Positions 13,120 to 25,638 of a stretch of 44,320 nt of DNA are shown in pieces (the stretch's first letter is position 1; each line of letters starts with the position of its first letter). Source of the stretch: Octopus sinensis (lineage: Eukaryota); contig NW_021835052.1 in the NCBI RefSeq assembly GCF_006345805.1, positions 1-44,320 of the forward strand, written 5' to 3'. The translations under genes were made by a program, and so were the position numbers. The notes beneath the pieces were generated by a model. That model was not told the origin of the DNA. It saw only the letters and a program-made list of their open reading frames with translations, and did no database searches.

Positions 13120-13508
13120 TCTCTATATATTAAGCTGAAGTTGTCTGTGTGTGGCAGGTTTGGTAGCCTTCAACTAACACTATCTCCTTCGAGACCCTGC
13201 AGCGCAAGTTGACCAAAATTGAGAGTATGATAGAAGAAGGCTTGCTCTTCATTCTGTAGAAGATAAAATTCAAATCGGACCATGTTAACACCAAAACTTA
13301 TTTACATCAAAAAGGTGGGGTTTTTCTATGAAAATCCCTATTTTTTACGATTTTTGACTGCTGTGTCACCATTTTTCGGTGTATTTCAACTGGAAAAATG
13401 TTCATTTGAAGAGAATAACAAGCTACATAATGCAAAATTTTTACTTTTCAAAACTTCCAATTCTAAAGGGTCGAAACAAACCCAAGCAAGACCGGGTGAT
13501 ACTGCTAG
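13120..13508 (+). mobile_element. Non-autonomous Helitron
   Basis: A|TC 5' end, subterminal imperfect hairpin CCCAAGCAAGACCGGG (13481-13496), CTAG|T 3' end; same 3' end as 26583 and 33086 copies. Confidence 0.85.
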
Positions 13509-13566
<58 letters not shown>

Positions 13567-14183
13567 GTTAATATTGTGGGGCAGTACATTCTTGGCTTTG
13601 ACATATAACCGCTCAGAAAGATACCAACGGTTTCGCGTCTACTGTTGCACCTGGCAATATTGACGACTCTCCAGACATAATGGCCGTCGGTAATATTCTG
13701 ACCTCTTTTATGTCACAACCAGGAATATGGTGCACGGCAATATGAAAGTTTAATTGCACAATTTCTCTTTTTAAGTTTGTCTTGTTGATTTCTGGCGTCA
13801 GAACTAGAACAACAAACCGATAACATGTTGTCGCTTCTATTTTTTTAATTATTATAAATCTTCCACTGAGGAGGGAACCGGTTTCCAACAAAGATACAAG
13901 GCTCCATCTTTGGGATGTAGTTAACACAGACAAAAGTAATAGAAGTAAAAACAAGAGTAATAAAATAAGGATAATAAAAGTAAAAATAAGGATAATAAAT
14001 AAGATTTAGCAAAATTGGAATAAAGTAACAAAAGAAATAAAAACATAAAGTAGAATAAGAGATAAAATACTATAGAGCTGAGAAGAGGATGTTGGATTGG
14101 ATGAGACGGTAGAAGGTCATAAATAATCTCTTAATTTGACCACTCGTTGAATTATAGATTAAGGTAATATATATAGATTAAGG

Positions 14184-14225
<42 letters not shown>

Positions 14226-14259
14226 TTACTTTATTTAAAGCAGCGAAAATTCAAAAAAT

Positions 14260-14297
14260 CTGTTACTCTGAGTTTCTCGTTGCCGTTCATCAGACAG
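14260..14297 (-). ncRNA. Minimal type I hammerhead ribozyme, core intact
   Basis: CUGU-CUGAUGA-ACGGCAACGA-GAA-ACUCAGAGU-A-ACAG: stem I CUGU/ACAG, short stem II with GCAA loop, stem III ACUC/GAGU, GUA site. Confidence 0.75.
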
Positions 14298-14334
14298 TTT
14301 TTGCTAGAAAAACTAGCAAAAATTCTAGCAAAAA

Positions 14335-14372
14335 CTGTCTGATGAACGGCAACGAGAAACTCAGAGGAACAG
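14335..14372 (+). ncRNA. Mirror hammerhead copy, probably inactive
   Basis: Same as 14260-14297 but GGA instead of GUA at the cleavage triplet (G14367). Confidence 0.7.
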
Positions 14373-14593
14373 ATTTTGTTGAATTTTCTGCTGCTTTAAA
14401 TAAAGCATATTACTCTACCACTGGTATTTGAGTACTCTTTTTTCACTTTGTTTCACATTTATGTGTTTACTCCGGTATATATATATATCTATATATATAT
14501 ATATATATAGATATATATATATATATATATTTGTAAAAAATGAAGTTCGAAAATGCTGCTGTATTATACAATTTTTAATTTTTATATATACAT

Positions 14594-14634
14594 TATAACA
14601 TGTTTCAGTTCCTGAAATGAACCTTATCAAAAAA
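14594..14634 (-). ncRNA. Hammerhead motif with U3-A8 core at the 3' end of the Penelope-like element
   Basis: UUGAUAA-GGUUC-AUUUCAG-GAACU-GAA-ACAUGU-U; 5-bp stem II, palindromic stem III; stem I weak. Confidence 0.6.
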
Positions 14635-14971
14635 GTTATATATAAAAAAAGACAGCTCATGCCGTCAAACACAAGAAATTCATTTATAATACACAACGGA
14701 GTCAGACATCTTAGAGTTCATGTATAGTTGATATATAGTTCATGTATAGTTGATATATAGTTTGAAGTATATGTTCAAAGTGTTCGATGCAGTGGCCCAC
14801 GGTGGCGATACGTATTCAATACAAAAAACAGATCAAAGTGGTGGAAAGCGGTCAATACAGAAGATTGATGTTTCCGAAAGAGCGAGGAATTCATTTTTAC
14901 CTTAAGCAATTGTGATGACCCATGGTGGAAGTTCGCTGGGTGGTTCTAGTGATTTTTTGTGAAATGCTTGG

Positions 14972-15342
14972 TTTTATAATGCCTGTTAGGTGGTCAATCT
15001 AGCGTAGCGTGACGTCATCAATGTTTTGACCAATCGTTTCGTTAGGTGGCTTTAATCAAGTGGAACGGGACGTCATCATTATTTTGACCAATCGCTGCAT
15101 TATAACTCCCTCTTGTTTGTTTCCTGTCTTGACCAGTCGCTTCGTTAGTCAAGCATAGCGGGATGTCATCCAGATTCTGCCCAATCACGACTTATAGCTA
15201 CATTAGATCTGCCCCCTGTCTGTACTTGTTAGGTGACTATTCAAGCAGAAAAGGACGTCATCAATATTCTGACTAATGACTGTCCCCTGTTTGTATCCTG
15301 TCCATTCTAGCAGAGCTAGACGTCATCAACTTGTTGACCAAT
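14972..15342 (-). promoter_or_regulatory. Putative promoter array: five GACGTCA-N12-CCAAT modules upstream of TATAAAA
   Basis: GACGTCA-like at 15011, 15069, 15162, 15254, 15319, each 12 nt before CCAAT (CTAAT in the fourth); minus-strand TATAAAA at 14978-14972. Function inferred. Confidence 0.55.
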
Positions 15343-15512
15343 CAGAATCGGGTCTGACCCTTAGCTGTATCGTATGTATCAGGGTCAGATTTGCACGAAA
15401 GAATTTTTTTCCCTTTTTTACTAAGGCATATTTCCGTCAGAGTGAGTGTCTGTTTGAAGTAGCGGCCGTGGTGAAATTTGGTTCTCTCTTTTCGGAGGAC
15501 TTATCTTTTGTT

Positions 15513-16043
15513 TTAGTATTCCTGGCCCAGGGTGTTTAAACTTGGTCTAAATTTTTTTATGAAATATAGTTCTTTATTTTGGCGTTGTGTGAAGGTTGCG
15601 TTGTCACTGAATTTATAGAGCGGGTTAGTTGTAAATTTCGGATTTACATTTCCAGCACATCTATCTATGTGTCCGCTGACCGGTATTTTGCGGTAATCAG
15701 GGTTTCTAATTTGTGATTTATGCACCGCCATCCTGTTACGTAAGCTATTTTTTGTATGGCCTATATACTGCCTATTGCAGCCTGCGCATGTTATGACGTA
15801 AATTAAGTTTTCTGATGCGCAGGTGAAGTTTGTTCTAATGGTGAACTGGTGGCCTTGTTCCAGTATAAATTCTGATCCTTCTTTCAAGATGACACAGATT
15901 CCGCAGTTGGGCCTTCCACATTTTCTAACTGCTGGTTTTGTGGTTGATGTTGAGTGCAGTGTAGCTTGGGTTAAAATCCTTTTCAAGGATTTTGGTTGCC
16001 GTTTACTTTTAATGATGGTGTGTGTTTCGAGGATCCGGTTCAT
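15513..16043 (-). CDS. GIY-YIG endonuclease domain of the Penelope-like element (frameshifted from RT)
   Basis: KCGRPNCGIC linker, NLIYVITCAGCNRQYIGHT, LRNRMAVH, PVSGH, KELYFIKKFRPSLN. Confidence 0.93.
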   Translation of the reverse strand: MNRILETHTIIKSKRQPKSLKRILTQATLHSTSTTKPAVRKCGRPNCGICVILKEGSEFILEQGHQFTIRTNFTCASENLIYVITCAGCNRQYIGHTKNSLRNRMAVHKSQIRNPDYRKIPVSGHIDRCAGNVNPKFTTNPLYKFSDNATFTQRQNKELYFIKKFRPSLNTLGQEY

Positions 16044-16219
16044 CTTTGGGTCTCCCTTTAGTAGGGCTGTGCTTTGTAGTATGGTGTTGAAGGCCTCATT
16101 GTTGAGTGGGTTGTGTGTAGAGATGTAGGGAAGGGATTTTAATTGTTCTTTCTTTTTTGGTTTTGTTTGTCTCAGGTCTTCTATACTTAATTTAAGTACC
16201 CGTTGGATTGCACTGTCTA

Positions 16220-17341
16220 TTAGGGGCTGTGGATAGTTTCTATTTGTGATGTGGTTCTAAGTTCCTGGAGACGTGTGTGTCGGGTGTTTGTGTCTGATAT
16301 TATGGTGCAAATCCTTCTAGCTAAACAAAAAGGGACATTCATTCTAGTGTGTCGTGGGTGGCATGAATCAAAGGGTAGGTACTGTTTAGAGTCTGTCGGT
16401 TTATAGTAGATATCTGTCTCTATTTTGTTGCCGGTTATCTTAATGAGGATGTCTAAAAATGGTAATTCTTTTTCGTTGTGGTCCATCGTGAATTGTATAT
16501 TGTCATTTATTCCATTTAATAGAATTTTAAATTCCTCAAGTTTCTCTATGCCTTTGTCCCAGATGATGAAACAGTCATCGAGGTATCTTTTCCAGTTGTT
16601 ATGGATATAGGTGGCGAAGGTGTTTCCATATTTCTCGAGTGTCATCCGGTATAGTATTTTCTCGAGGTATCCCATCACTAGGTTGGCAAAAGATGGTGCA
16701 GTACGCGTGCCCATCGCTGTTCCCGATCTTTGCCTGTAGAAATCATTGTCAAAAATAAATTTGTTCTCTAAAATGAATCTAAGTCCTTCTATTATAAGGT
16801 CTTTGTTTATGCGAGTTGGGAGTTCAAAGGGGTAGTTATTCAGCCAGAAGGTGATTGCTTCTATTCCTAGGTTGTGAGGGATGTTAGAATAAAGATTAAC
16901 TACGTCGAATGATACTAGAAGGGTTTTCTCATTGACTGTTTTAGGGAGGTGGTTGAGCATATCTATATCGTCTCTTACGTAGCTTTTGATGTGTTTTAGG
17001 AAAGGTTTAAGAAGTGTGTCTAAGAAATTGCTGAGGCGGTGAGTTTCACATGCTGGCCCTGCTATTATCGGTCTTAGTTTAAGATCATTTGGTGAAGGGA
17101 TTTTGATGAGTGTGTCGGTGGATGTTTTGCACGTTTCTCTAATGGTTTGGCTTTTGTGTACCTTAGGGATATCATAGAACAAACTCGATTTGCATTTGAA
17201 GTTAGTGATGTATTCATACTCCTTGTTCGTGAGTCCTTCTTGGTATGTGTTGATTAATGTCCTAAGGTTATGCATTATTTTTTGCTGGTTATACTGTTGG
17301 GCCCTTTCATAATACGTTTCATCTCTTAATAGGGATAGCAC
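16220..17341 (-). CDS. Penelope-like reverse transcriptase domain
   Basis: IPKVHK, LRPII, SFDVVNLYSNIP, QRSGTAMGTRTAPSFANLVMG, RYLDDCF, QFT, LPFLDI, YYKPTD..YLPFDSCHP. Confidence 0.96.
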   Translation of the reverse strand: MLSLLRDETYYERAQQYNQQKIMHNLRTLINTYQEGLTNKEYEYITNFKCKSSLFYDIPKVHKSQTIRETCKTSTDTLIKIPSPNDLKLRPIIAGPACETHRLSNFLDTLLKPFLKHIKSYVRDDIDMLNHLPKTVNEKTLLVSFDVVNLYSNIPHNLGIEAITFWLNNYPFELPTRINKDLIIEGLRFILENKFIFDNDFYRQRSGTAMGTRTAPSFANLVMGYLEKILYRMTLEKYGNTFATYIHNNWKRYLDDCFIIWDKGIEKLEEFKILLNGINDNIQFTMDHNEKELPFLDILIKITGNKIETDIYYKPTDSKQYLPFDSCHPRHTRMNVPFCLARRICTIISDTNTRHTRLQELRTTSQIETIHSP

Positions 17342-18783
17342 TAAATTTTATAATTGTTTGTATTCATTATTACTATCGCGTTGCCCTTATCTGCCTCCTT
17401 AATTGTTATTGTTTTGTCTTCTCTTAGTTTGATGAGGTCGTTCCATTCTCTTTTGTTGAAGTTAGGGCTTGTGTTTTTGTTTCTTGATGAATTGAAACGG
17501 GAAATTAGTTATGTAGTCACAATAGCGGTCTAAGGCTTTATTCTTACCTTTGGTGGGGGTGTAATTGCTCTTGTTTCTAGCTATTGAGTCCTCCTCTATT
17601 TGTTTGTCTTGAAATGCCTCGGTGAGTCTTAGTTTTCTGCAAAATTCCGAAATATCATTTTCATTTCATAATAATTAGAACGTTGTGGGGTGGGTGTAAA
17701 TTTAAGTCCTTTGGAGAGTATGCTTATTTCGTTAGGTGTAAGTTCTTTGTTTGAGAGATTGATTATCTTAATTACCTGAGGTTTCTTTTGTTTGTCCTTT
17801 GCCATCGTGTGTCCCTGTTCCTGTGTGTGGGATCTAAAAAATGGTTGGTGTAGTTATGTTCAAAGCTATTATTTATCTGTCTCATGTTGTTATAATTGTC
17901 AGAGTGAGTTTGTGGTGCTCTGTTCTGGAGTCTGTTGTTGAACCTAGTGTTACGTCTTAGTTCCTCAGGTGTATTGTGTTGGTAGTTGTTTCCTCCGTAG
18001 TGCATTTGTTGTTTGTTATGGTTGTATGGTTGGTTCCTGGGGTGGATGTTTGGTAGTAGCGTTTTGGTTTGGTTATGTGGGTTGTATTTTATAGTATTGT
18101 ATGTTGTGGCTCTTAGGTTCGTGGAATGGTGTGGTGGGACCCTATAAGTGTTTTGGGGTTGGTGTAGGTAGTGTGGGGTGCGTTTTAAATGCATTTTTCT
18201 GGTGTAGAGTGTGTTTGGATTTCTTGGTGGTTGTTCTGCTCTGTTGGTATGTCTATTTTCGAACTGGTGTGGTGGGCCTCTGTAGGTGTTTTGGGGTTGG
18301 TGTAGGTAGTGTGGGGTGTGTTTTAGGTGTACTTTTCTGGTGTAGAGTGTGGTAGGATTTCTTGGTGGTTGTTCCGTTCTATTGGTATTTGGTTTTGATT
18401 TGCTTAATTTTATGAAGGGGTTGTTGGATATGTGTTCATTTTTGAAGTTGGTTTCATAATCTAGAAACCAGATGGCGCTCTTTTCCCATCGTTGGAGGGA
18501 CTTAAGTTCCTCTTTTCACATTCTTCATTCCATAGTGCTGTTAATTTTCAGTATTGTTGTCGTCTATTAGTTTGATGACTTCTTCGTTGATTTCCTCGTC
18601 TATGGTTTTTACTTTTTCTTCATTCGTTTTAGCTTTCAGCTTAAGTAGTTCTATTTCCATCTTCATTTTTTCTAATGACATTTTTTCTCTAAGTTTTCTT
18701 TGTTCTTCTGATATATATATATATATGCACTGTAAGTCGGAAGAAATATTCTGTATTTTAAGCTGGTTTGAAATCAGAATCAA
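17342..18783 (-). pseudogene. Broken N-terminal part of the Penelope-like ORF
   Basis: Segments 18541-18783, 17772-18194 and INLS..KGLKFTPTP..ADKG separated by stops and frameshifts; includes a 138-bp tandem duplication. Confidence 0.8.
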
Positions 18784-19442
18784 AAGGCTTTAAACCAGAT
18801 TTGCTAAAATAATTTGAGCAACACACACACACTCTCTATTTCTCTTTGTTTTCTCTCTCTCTCTCTCTCCCTCACTGCAGCTTTATTCATGAAATGGTCC
18901 CATAACCTCCAAAAAATAATCGTTGTCCAATGATTATTATGCAGAAATCAAATATTTAAATTATGTCTGACGTTATTGGTTTTCTATTTAAACCGCTTTG
19001 AAGTTGAATGTGTTACGTGTAAGCAACTCTATAAATATGCAAATAGATCGATGTTTTGCAGGAGTTTAAAAGGACACCGCGTAATTAAGAATGAAACTGG
19101 CAGAAAGGTCGCTTTCCTAAGACGTCGCGTGCCGTACGTTGGTGCGGTGAATTGTGTCATTTAATTTCTTTGATGAAGTTTACTTCCATTGTTATCCAAA
19201 GTTTCTCTCCTGTTATGGTATTTAGTTTTCAATAAGACAATTTGCAACACCTTTCAGCCATAACTGTGGCACTACGTCGAAAATAAGCCATCCTAAATAT
19301 ATATTGTTTATATCGAGGATGTTTCTCTTTACTTTTATGATTCAAATATATTCAAAGTAAGTTTACAAATGTATTTTAATCTCTAAAAAGACAACTTTTA
19401 TTTATCTAATTATCCACACATCTTTATCTTTCGATCTATCTC

Positions 19443-19497
<55 letters not shown>

Positions 19498-20036
19498 ATA
19501 TATATATATATATCTTTCCTTCTCACACCCGTCTCTCTTCCTCTTCATTCATCCACCCAACTCTATACATCTCTATTTTCTTTTCTCCCTCATCCGCATC
19601 TCACCCCGTTTGTAGCCCTCGTATGAAATAAACTTATTTCTTCTCTTTATTCAAACTAATGTAACTATTTTCCTTTATATCTTTCACATAAAGAATCTAT
19701 CTCAATATTTTGACTACTTTTTTCTCTGTTTAAGATTTTAATCCAAATATTTACAAATCCAGCTTCCACCTCTGCTTCTTATATATACACATACACATGC
19801 AGCCTCCTATGTGTTCCTGTGTGTGTATATATAAACGAAACGGGAGATGTACTTAAATGTGCGTGTGTGTGTGTGCGCGCGCGTGTGTGTGTGCGTGTGT
19901 GTGTGTGTATATTTGTGTATTCACACATACATAATTATCCACCCCTTGGTTATAACACTCTCTTATTCTTCTCTTTACTACTTTTCAACTCTTCGTCATC
20001 CTTCCTTCTTATATCTTTATTATAGGTATTATTGTT

Positions 20037-20061
20037 ATCATCATCATCATCATCATCATCA

Positions 20062-20119
<58 letters not shown>
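20037..20119. repeat. (CAT)n-(TAT)n microsatellite
   Basis: Direct reading. Confidence 0.96.
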
Positions 20120-20430
20120 CTGTTTATTTATTTGTTTGTTGTTCTTAATTTCTTAGTTATAGTTTTTGTGATTTTTTTCTATTTTTTTTTCCTTTCTATC
20201 TATGATCTTCTGCTTACAAAACTTTAAACAGTCTTTCTGTCGCTGTTTAATAGGTCAACTTCCGTTTGAATGCTACACGGGCCGGAAGTACTGCGCACCA
20301 AATCTTAAGCATAGAGAATTCGGTAGGCACCGGTGAAAGATTTGTATTCTGAGCAATCAATCAACAACTTTTAACAGATGGAACACGGTTCTAGTCACAT
20401 CCAAATACATACATACACACACACACACAC

Positions 20431-20480
<50 letters not shown>

Positions 20481-20921
20481 AATTCTATCGACTGATCCTC
20501 AAGGGAGTTAAGTTAGATATAACAAGAAAATATAAACTAAGTACCGTTGCCAAAATCTGTTATTTAGCTGACTAGCATATCTGTTATGATTTCTTGGCTT
20601 ACAGTAAACACGTATTTATACTTAGCGGACGCTTAGACGAAACCAAACAGTTGCTGTAATACCAGAAGGTGGATAAATAAACTCTTTTTCTCGAGGAAAC
20701 AAACTTAAATGCAAGCTAGTTATTTGTTGTCTTTGTATCTTTGTGTCTGTACATGTGTGTGTGTGTGGAGAGAGAGAGAGAGAGAGTAAACACAAAGCCG
20801 GAAGAGAGAATTATTTTATTCGTTTATATATATTTTTTCTTGGGTAAAGATCAGAGATATTTAGATGGTAGACTTGCAGAGCAACTGGAACAACAAGCGC
20901 TGTGGCTAGGGGTAAGTAAGT

Positions 20922-20982
20922 AAGAAGAAGAAGAAGAAGGAGAAGAAGAAGAAGGAGAAGAAGAAGAAGAAGAAGAAGAAAG

Positions 20983-21011
<29 letters not shown>
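20922..21011. repeat. (AAG)n microsatellite
   Basis: Direct reading. Confidence 0.96.
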
Positions 21012-21013
<2 letters not shown>

Positions 21014-21827
21014 CCTTCTCTAACCCCACAGTGTAAGGGTTAAGGGTTTAAGGGAGGTCTGTAGCGACTGTTGAGATCTTATAATGTTAGTCGTGCTGTT
21101 GTAGTATTCAACCCCAGGTCCGCTCTGATTCCGTAAACCTATGGGCAAAGGCGCTTCTGATGTGGCCATCCCGGTCGTTTTAGAAATCTAAGACTACATT
21201 ATCCAATGTGTCAAAGTCTGGTTTCCTTTCATAGACATTTGCTTACTATTTGGTTAGTAGGATCAACATCGGAAAGATTCATCCGTTTCAAGATAAGGGG
21301 TGGAGGTAGTGGTGGTTGTCATAGTGATAGGTATGTTGGCGGCTGTCATGGCGACGTGGATATGAGATTGACGGGAAGTAAGATTATTACATCTCCTGAC
21401 ACAGAAAGTCAATTCAGGAGAAGAAAATCATGAGACGATAAGGTAGTATTTATGTGGTCACATGGCCAAATCCCTCTCAAATCACGCGTTGACAAGATTG
21501 GGTAATATAACGCTAGTAACACTATTAACGTGTGTATGTATGTATGTATGTCTCTCTCTCTCTCTCTCTGTAATGGGTGTCATATATCCCTATACTTCTG
21601 AGACCATAATATCATTATGCAAGACTCCCAGCCCTAAACCAATGAACTATTTACAGAAATATAAAATAAAATTCGGCCACCGAAAGTGGTTCTGTGCTGT
21701 AATGGTTCTCTCATACGCCTTACACGCGGAACACCATTAGCTAGAATATCTATATTGTTCACATAAATATGTATCCGTAATAATTGCACTTATTTTTTAA
21801 AAAGCTGTTTTTTTTTATTTAACGTCA

Positions 21828-21950
21828 TGTCGACCGCCTTTACGTTCTGAGTTCAAATTCCGCCGAGGTCGACTTTACTTTTCATCATTTCGTGTTCGAT
21901 AAATTAAGTACCAAATTTCAGGCCTTGTGCCTACTACTATCAGTAGAAAG
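21828..21950 (+). mobile_element. tRNA-derived SINE copy, 5'-truncated and internally deleted
   Basis: TACGTTCTGAGTTCAAATTCCGCCGAGGTCGACTTT..GATAAATTAAGTACC joined directly to AAATTTCAGGCCTTGTG..AGAAAGGATT; compare 22528-22730. Confidence 0.85.
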
Positions 21951-22445
<495 letters not shown>

Positions 22446-22450
22446 AGAAA

Positions 22451-22526
<76 letters not shown>

Positions 22527-22527
22527 A

Positions 22528-22730
22528 AGGGCGGTGAGCTGACAGAATCGTTAGCACTTTGGACGGTTTTTCGCTCGTCGCACGTTCTGAGTTCAAATTC
22601 TGCCGAGGTTGGCTTTGCCTTTCATCCTTTTGAGGTCGATAAATTAAGTACCAGTGAAACACTGGAGCCGACGTAATTGACTAGTTCCCTCGCCACAAAT
22701 TTCGGCCCTTGTGGCCAATAAAGAAAGGAT
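22528..22730 (+). mobile_element. tRNA-derived SINE
   Basis: Head GGCGGTGAGCTGACAGAATCGTTAGC, B-box GAGTTCAAATTC, body GATAAATTAAGTACCAG, tail AGAAAGGATT(ATT)n. Confidence 0.9.
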
Positions 22731-22738
22731 TATTATTA

Positions 22739-22777
<39 letters not shown>

Positions 22778-22783
22778 CATTAT

Positions 22784-23000
22784 GAAGTCAGCAACTGGCA
22801 GGATCGTTAGCACACCGGGCAAAATACTTGTTGGTATTTCGTCCGTCTTTACGTTCTCAGTTCAAATTCCGCTGAGGTCGACTTTGCCTTTCATCTTTTC
22901 GGGTTTGATAAATTAAGTTCCTGTGAAACACTGAGGTCGATGCAATTGACTATACCCCTCCCCAAAAATTTCAGACCTTGTTCCAATAATAGAAAGGATT
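22784..23000 (+). mobile_element. tRNA-derived SINE, tandem second copy
   Basis: Collinear with 22528-22730; CAGTTCAAATTCC B-box; same tail. Confidence 0.9.
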
Positions 23001-23416
23001 ATTATTGTTATTATTATATACCATATTAATTTTCACTTCTGCTAATTCTTTCACAGATCCAGTGAGGCTGCATTTCTTGTTTTCATCGTTTGTAAACTAA
23101 ATACCAAAAAAAAAAAAAAAATCCAAGCTTTGAATCGATCGAAAGCACACCCACTTTTACTTCAAAACCTGCCGGCAGCTTAATCAAAAGAAATCTCCAA
23201 GCATTCTTTATTTCTTCCTTTCCATTCTAATGTATTTGTTGCCAGTGTTGTTGTTGCAGTTATTGTTGCGCCATAGAATTGCTGCTATCCCGACTTTTGT
23301 CTTTGAGGCGAGGAGAGAAGCGTTTGGTGTGTTTGAATTGAGCATACATACATAGATACCTGTGTGTGTGTGTGTGTGTTTGTGTATGTGTACATACACA
23401 TATACATGGATATGTA

Positions 23417-23455
<39 letters not shown>

Positions 23456-23603
23456 AGAAAGAAAGTGAGATACGTGTGTAGTATTTATGTATGTATATAT
23501 GTATGTGTGTATGTATGTATGTATGTATGTATGTATGTATGTATGAATATGTAGCGATAGGGATATCAACAATACACACACACACATATACATACATATA
23601 TAT

Positions 23604-23685
<82 letters not shown>

Positions 23686-24114
23686 CATAGATATAATCAG
23701 GAAAAATATCTACCAACCAATGCTATTGTTAAGTGTCTAATCCAACGTAAATTGTACAAAATGGAAAAAAAATACGAAAACACAAACTGAAGAAAATCAA
23801 GAATAAATACAAATACTGAAATAAAATAAATGAATAAAAGTAAAATAGAATTAAAATATAAAGCATTCGATGTATCAATGAAACTGTTTCAACACTAGGA
23901 AAATCCAATTTCAGTTAATTTTACCTCCAAACATAGAGAACGCCATTGCAAGAGGAAATAACAATGTTTGAACAAAATGATCGTTCGTTTATTTACTATA
24001 CAAGTATTATTATTCCGCAACGAAGTTTTTCTAAGTTGATTTCAGTTCTATGAATACAAACATTGTTTCGTATCAGTAATGTAATAAATGACACTTTATA
24101 AATAAAGGTCCGTT

Positions 24115-24330
24115 ACATACATACACACACATACATACACACACACACACATGCATACACACACATGCATACACACACACATACATACAAAACTACAGAC
24201 ACACGGACACACATACATACGTATACACATACATACAGACAGACAGACACACATACATACATACATACAGACAGACATACATACATACATACATACGTAC
24301 ATACAGACATACAGACATACATACAGGATA
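24115..24330. repeat. (ACAT)/(AC)n array
   Basis: Direct reading. Confidence 0.94.
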
Positions 24331-25143
24331 AGATATATAGGTGTGTGTGTGTGTACGTATACGTATATATATGTCTATGTGTGTTTGTGTGTGTGTGTGT
24401 TTAATTATTATACAGTTTTTACTGTTGTTGCTGGCGGTGTTGGTGTTTTTTTTCTTGACATCGTTCATCATCATCATCGTCGTCGTCATCATCGTCGTCA
24501 TCATCGGCATCATCATCATCATCATCTTCTTCTTCTTCTTCTTCTTCTTCTTCTTCTTCTTCTTCTCTTTCAAGCTAATTTCTCTCATTTCTTTACTATC
24601 ACTCTCTATCTTTTGTTTGTTTTTACCGTATACAAAAAACACATACGAATGCATTTCTGTATACGGTAGATATGAACGTGTATCTATATGAATATATGAA
24701 TATATGGATATGTGGTTATATAGTGTGTGTCTGTGCGTGTGCGTTTAGTTATATATAGATAAACTTGCGCATTATATCTTACTGTTTATTTATCTCCCTC
24801 ACATACTCCCCTCTCTCTCTCTATCTATCTATCTCTCTCTCCCTCTCCACACACATGTGTATGTACGCGCGCGCCTGTGTGTGTGTATACGAATGTATGG
24901 ATATATATACATGTGTGTGTATATATATATATTCATTTATATACATACATGCATACATATATTTTTGTATACGTATATATTTATTATGTTTACACATACA
25001 CACACACACACACATATATGCACATGCACACACACAAACATTCAATTATAACTCGAAATAAATGTGTATGATTAAGATATTTTCCATGTAAGTGTATGTA
25101 TATAAATGTAGTTTTCATGTATATGTTTTGATGTACATGCGTG

Positions 25144-25231
<88 letters not shown>

Positions 25232-25421
25232 TTTCTATTAAGACCTGTGGATGGGGTGGACATGGGTGTGTAGTTTTAGAATACATTGTAGGCTTAATAG
25301 AATTTATGAACGTAATTTTTCAAAGAAATTCTTCTGTAGTCTATAACAGAAGACACCTAGGTCTTTTTACTGCGAAAATGTAAACAAACATTCTAACGGT
25401 ATATATACATACAAGCACATT

Positions 25422-25460
<39 letters not shown>

Positions 25461-25463
<3 letters not shown>

Positions 25464-25638
25464 ACCGCGTGTGTACCGTTGGCGATTTTTTTCCTCTGTC
25501 ATCCCTTCTCTGGATCTTTCCTTCTCCTATGTTTCCGACGAAGAGCTCCTTCTTCCCTTCTTTCCTGAGCGTCCAATAATACTATATTTGTTCCTTGTCC
25601 TCGCGTTGTTGTGTTTTTTTGTGCTTTCATGTTGAATA

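Larger units (their letters stand above)
14229..14472 (+). mobile_element. Short HHR-bearing Penelope-type element with an inverted 5' copy (palindrome)
   Basis: Arms ~14229-14309 and ~14323-14405 are near-perfect reverse complements; right arm continues into a T-rich tail; (TA)n on both sides. Confidence 0.75.
14531..18830 (-). mobile_element. Near full-length Penelope-like retroelement (Neptune-like), decayed
   Basis: N-terminal INLSNKELTPNEISILSKGLKFTPTP and ADKGNAIVIMN, RT, Cys-rich linker, C-terminal GIY-YIG, ~1-kb 3' region ending at (TA)n; no 5' pLTR seen. Neptune assignment inferred from the CxxxxCxxC linker. Confidence 0.93.

Noticed and set aside
13613-13760. RNase H (HIAVHHIPG) or host exon (KDTNGFASTVAPGNIDD..)
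   Set aside because: No further motifs and no recognisable homology; cannot be supported without a search.
15513-18783. Selenoprotein-coding Naiad-type Penelope element
   Set aside because: Endonuclease is C-terminal, not N-terminal; interruptions are frameshifts and TAA/TAG stops rather than conserved TGA at Cys positions.
21053-21074. Telomeric repeat (TAAGGG-like x3)
   Set aside because: Three imperfect units, not TTAGGG, interstitial and short.
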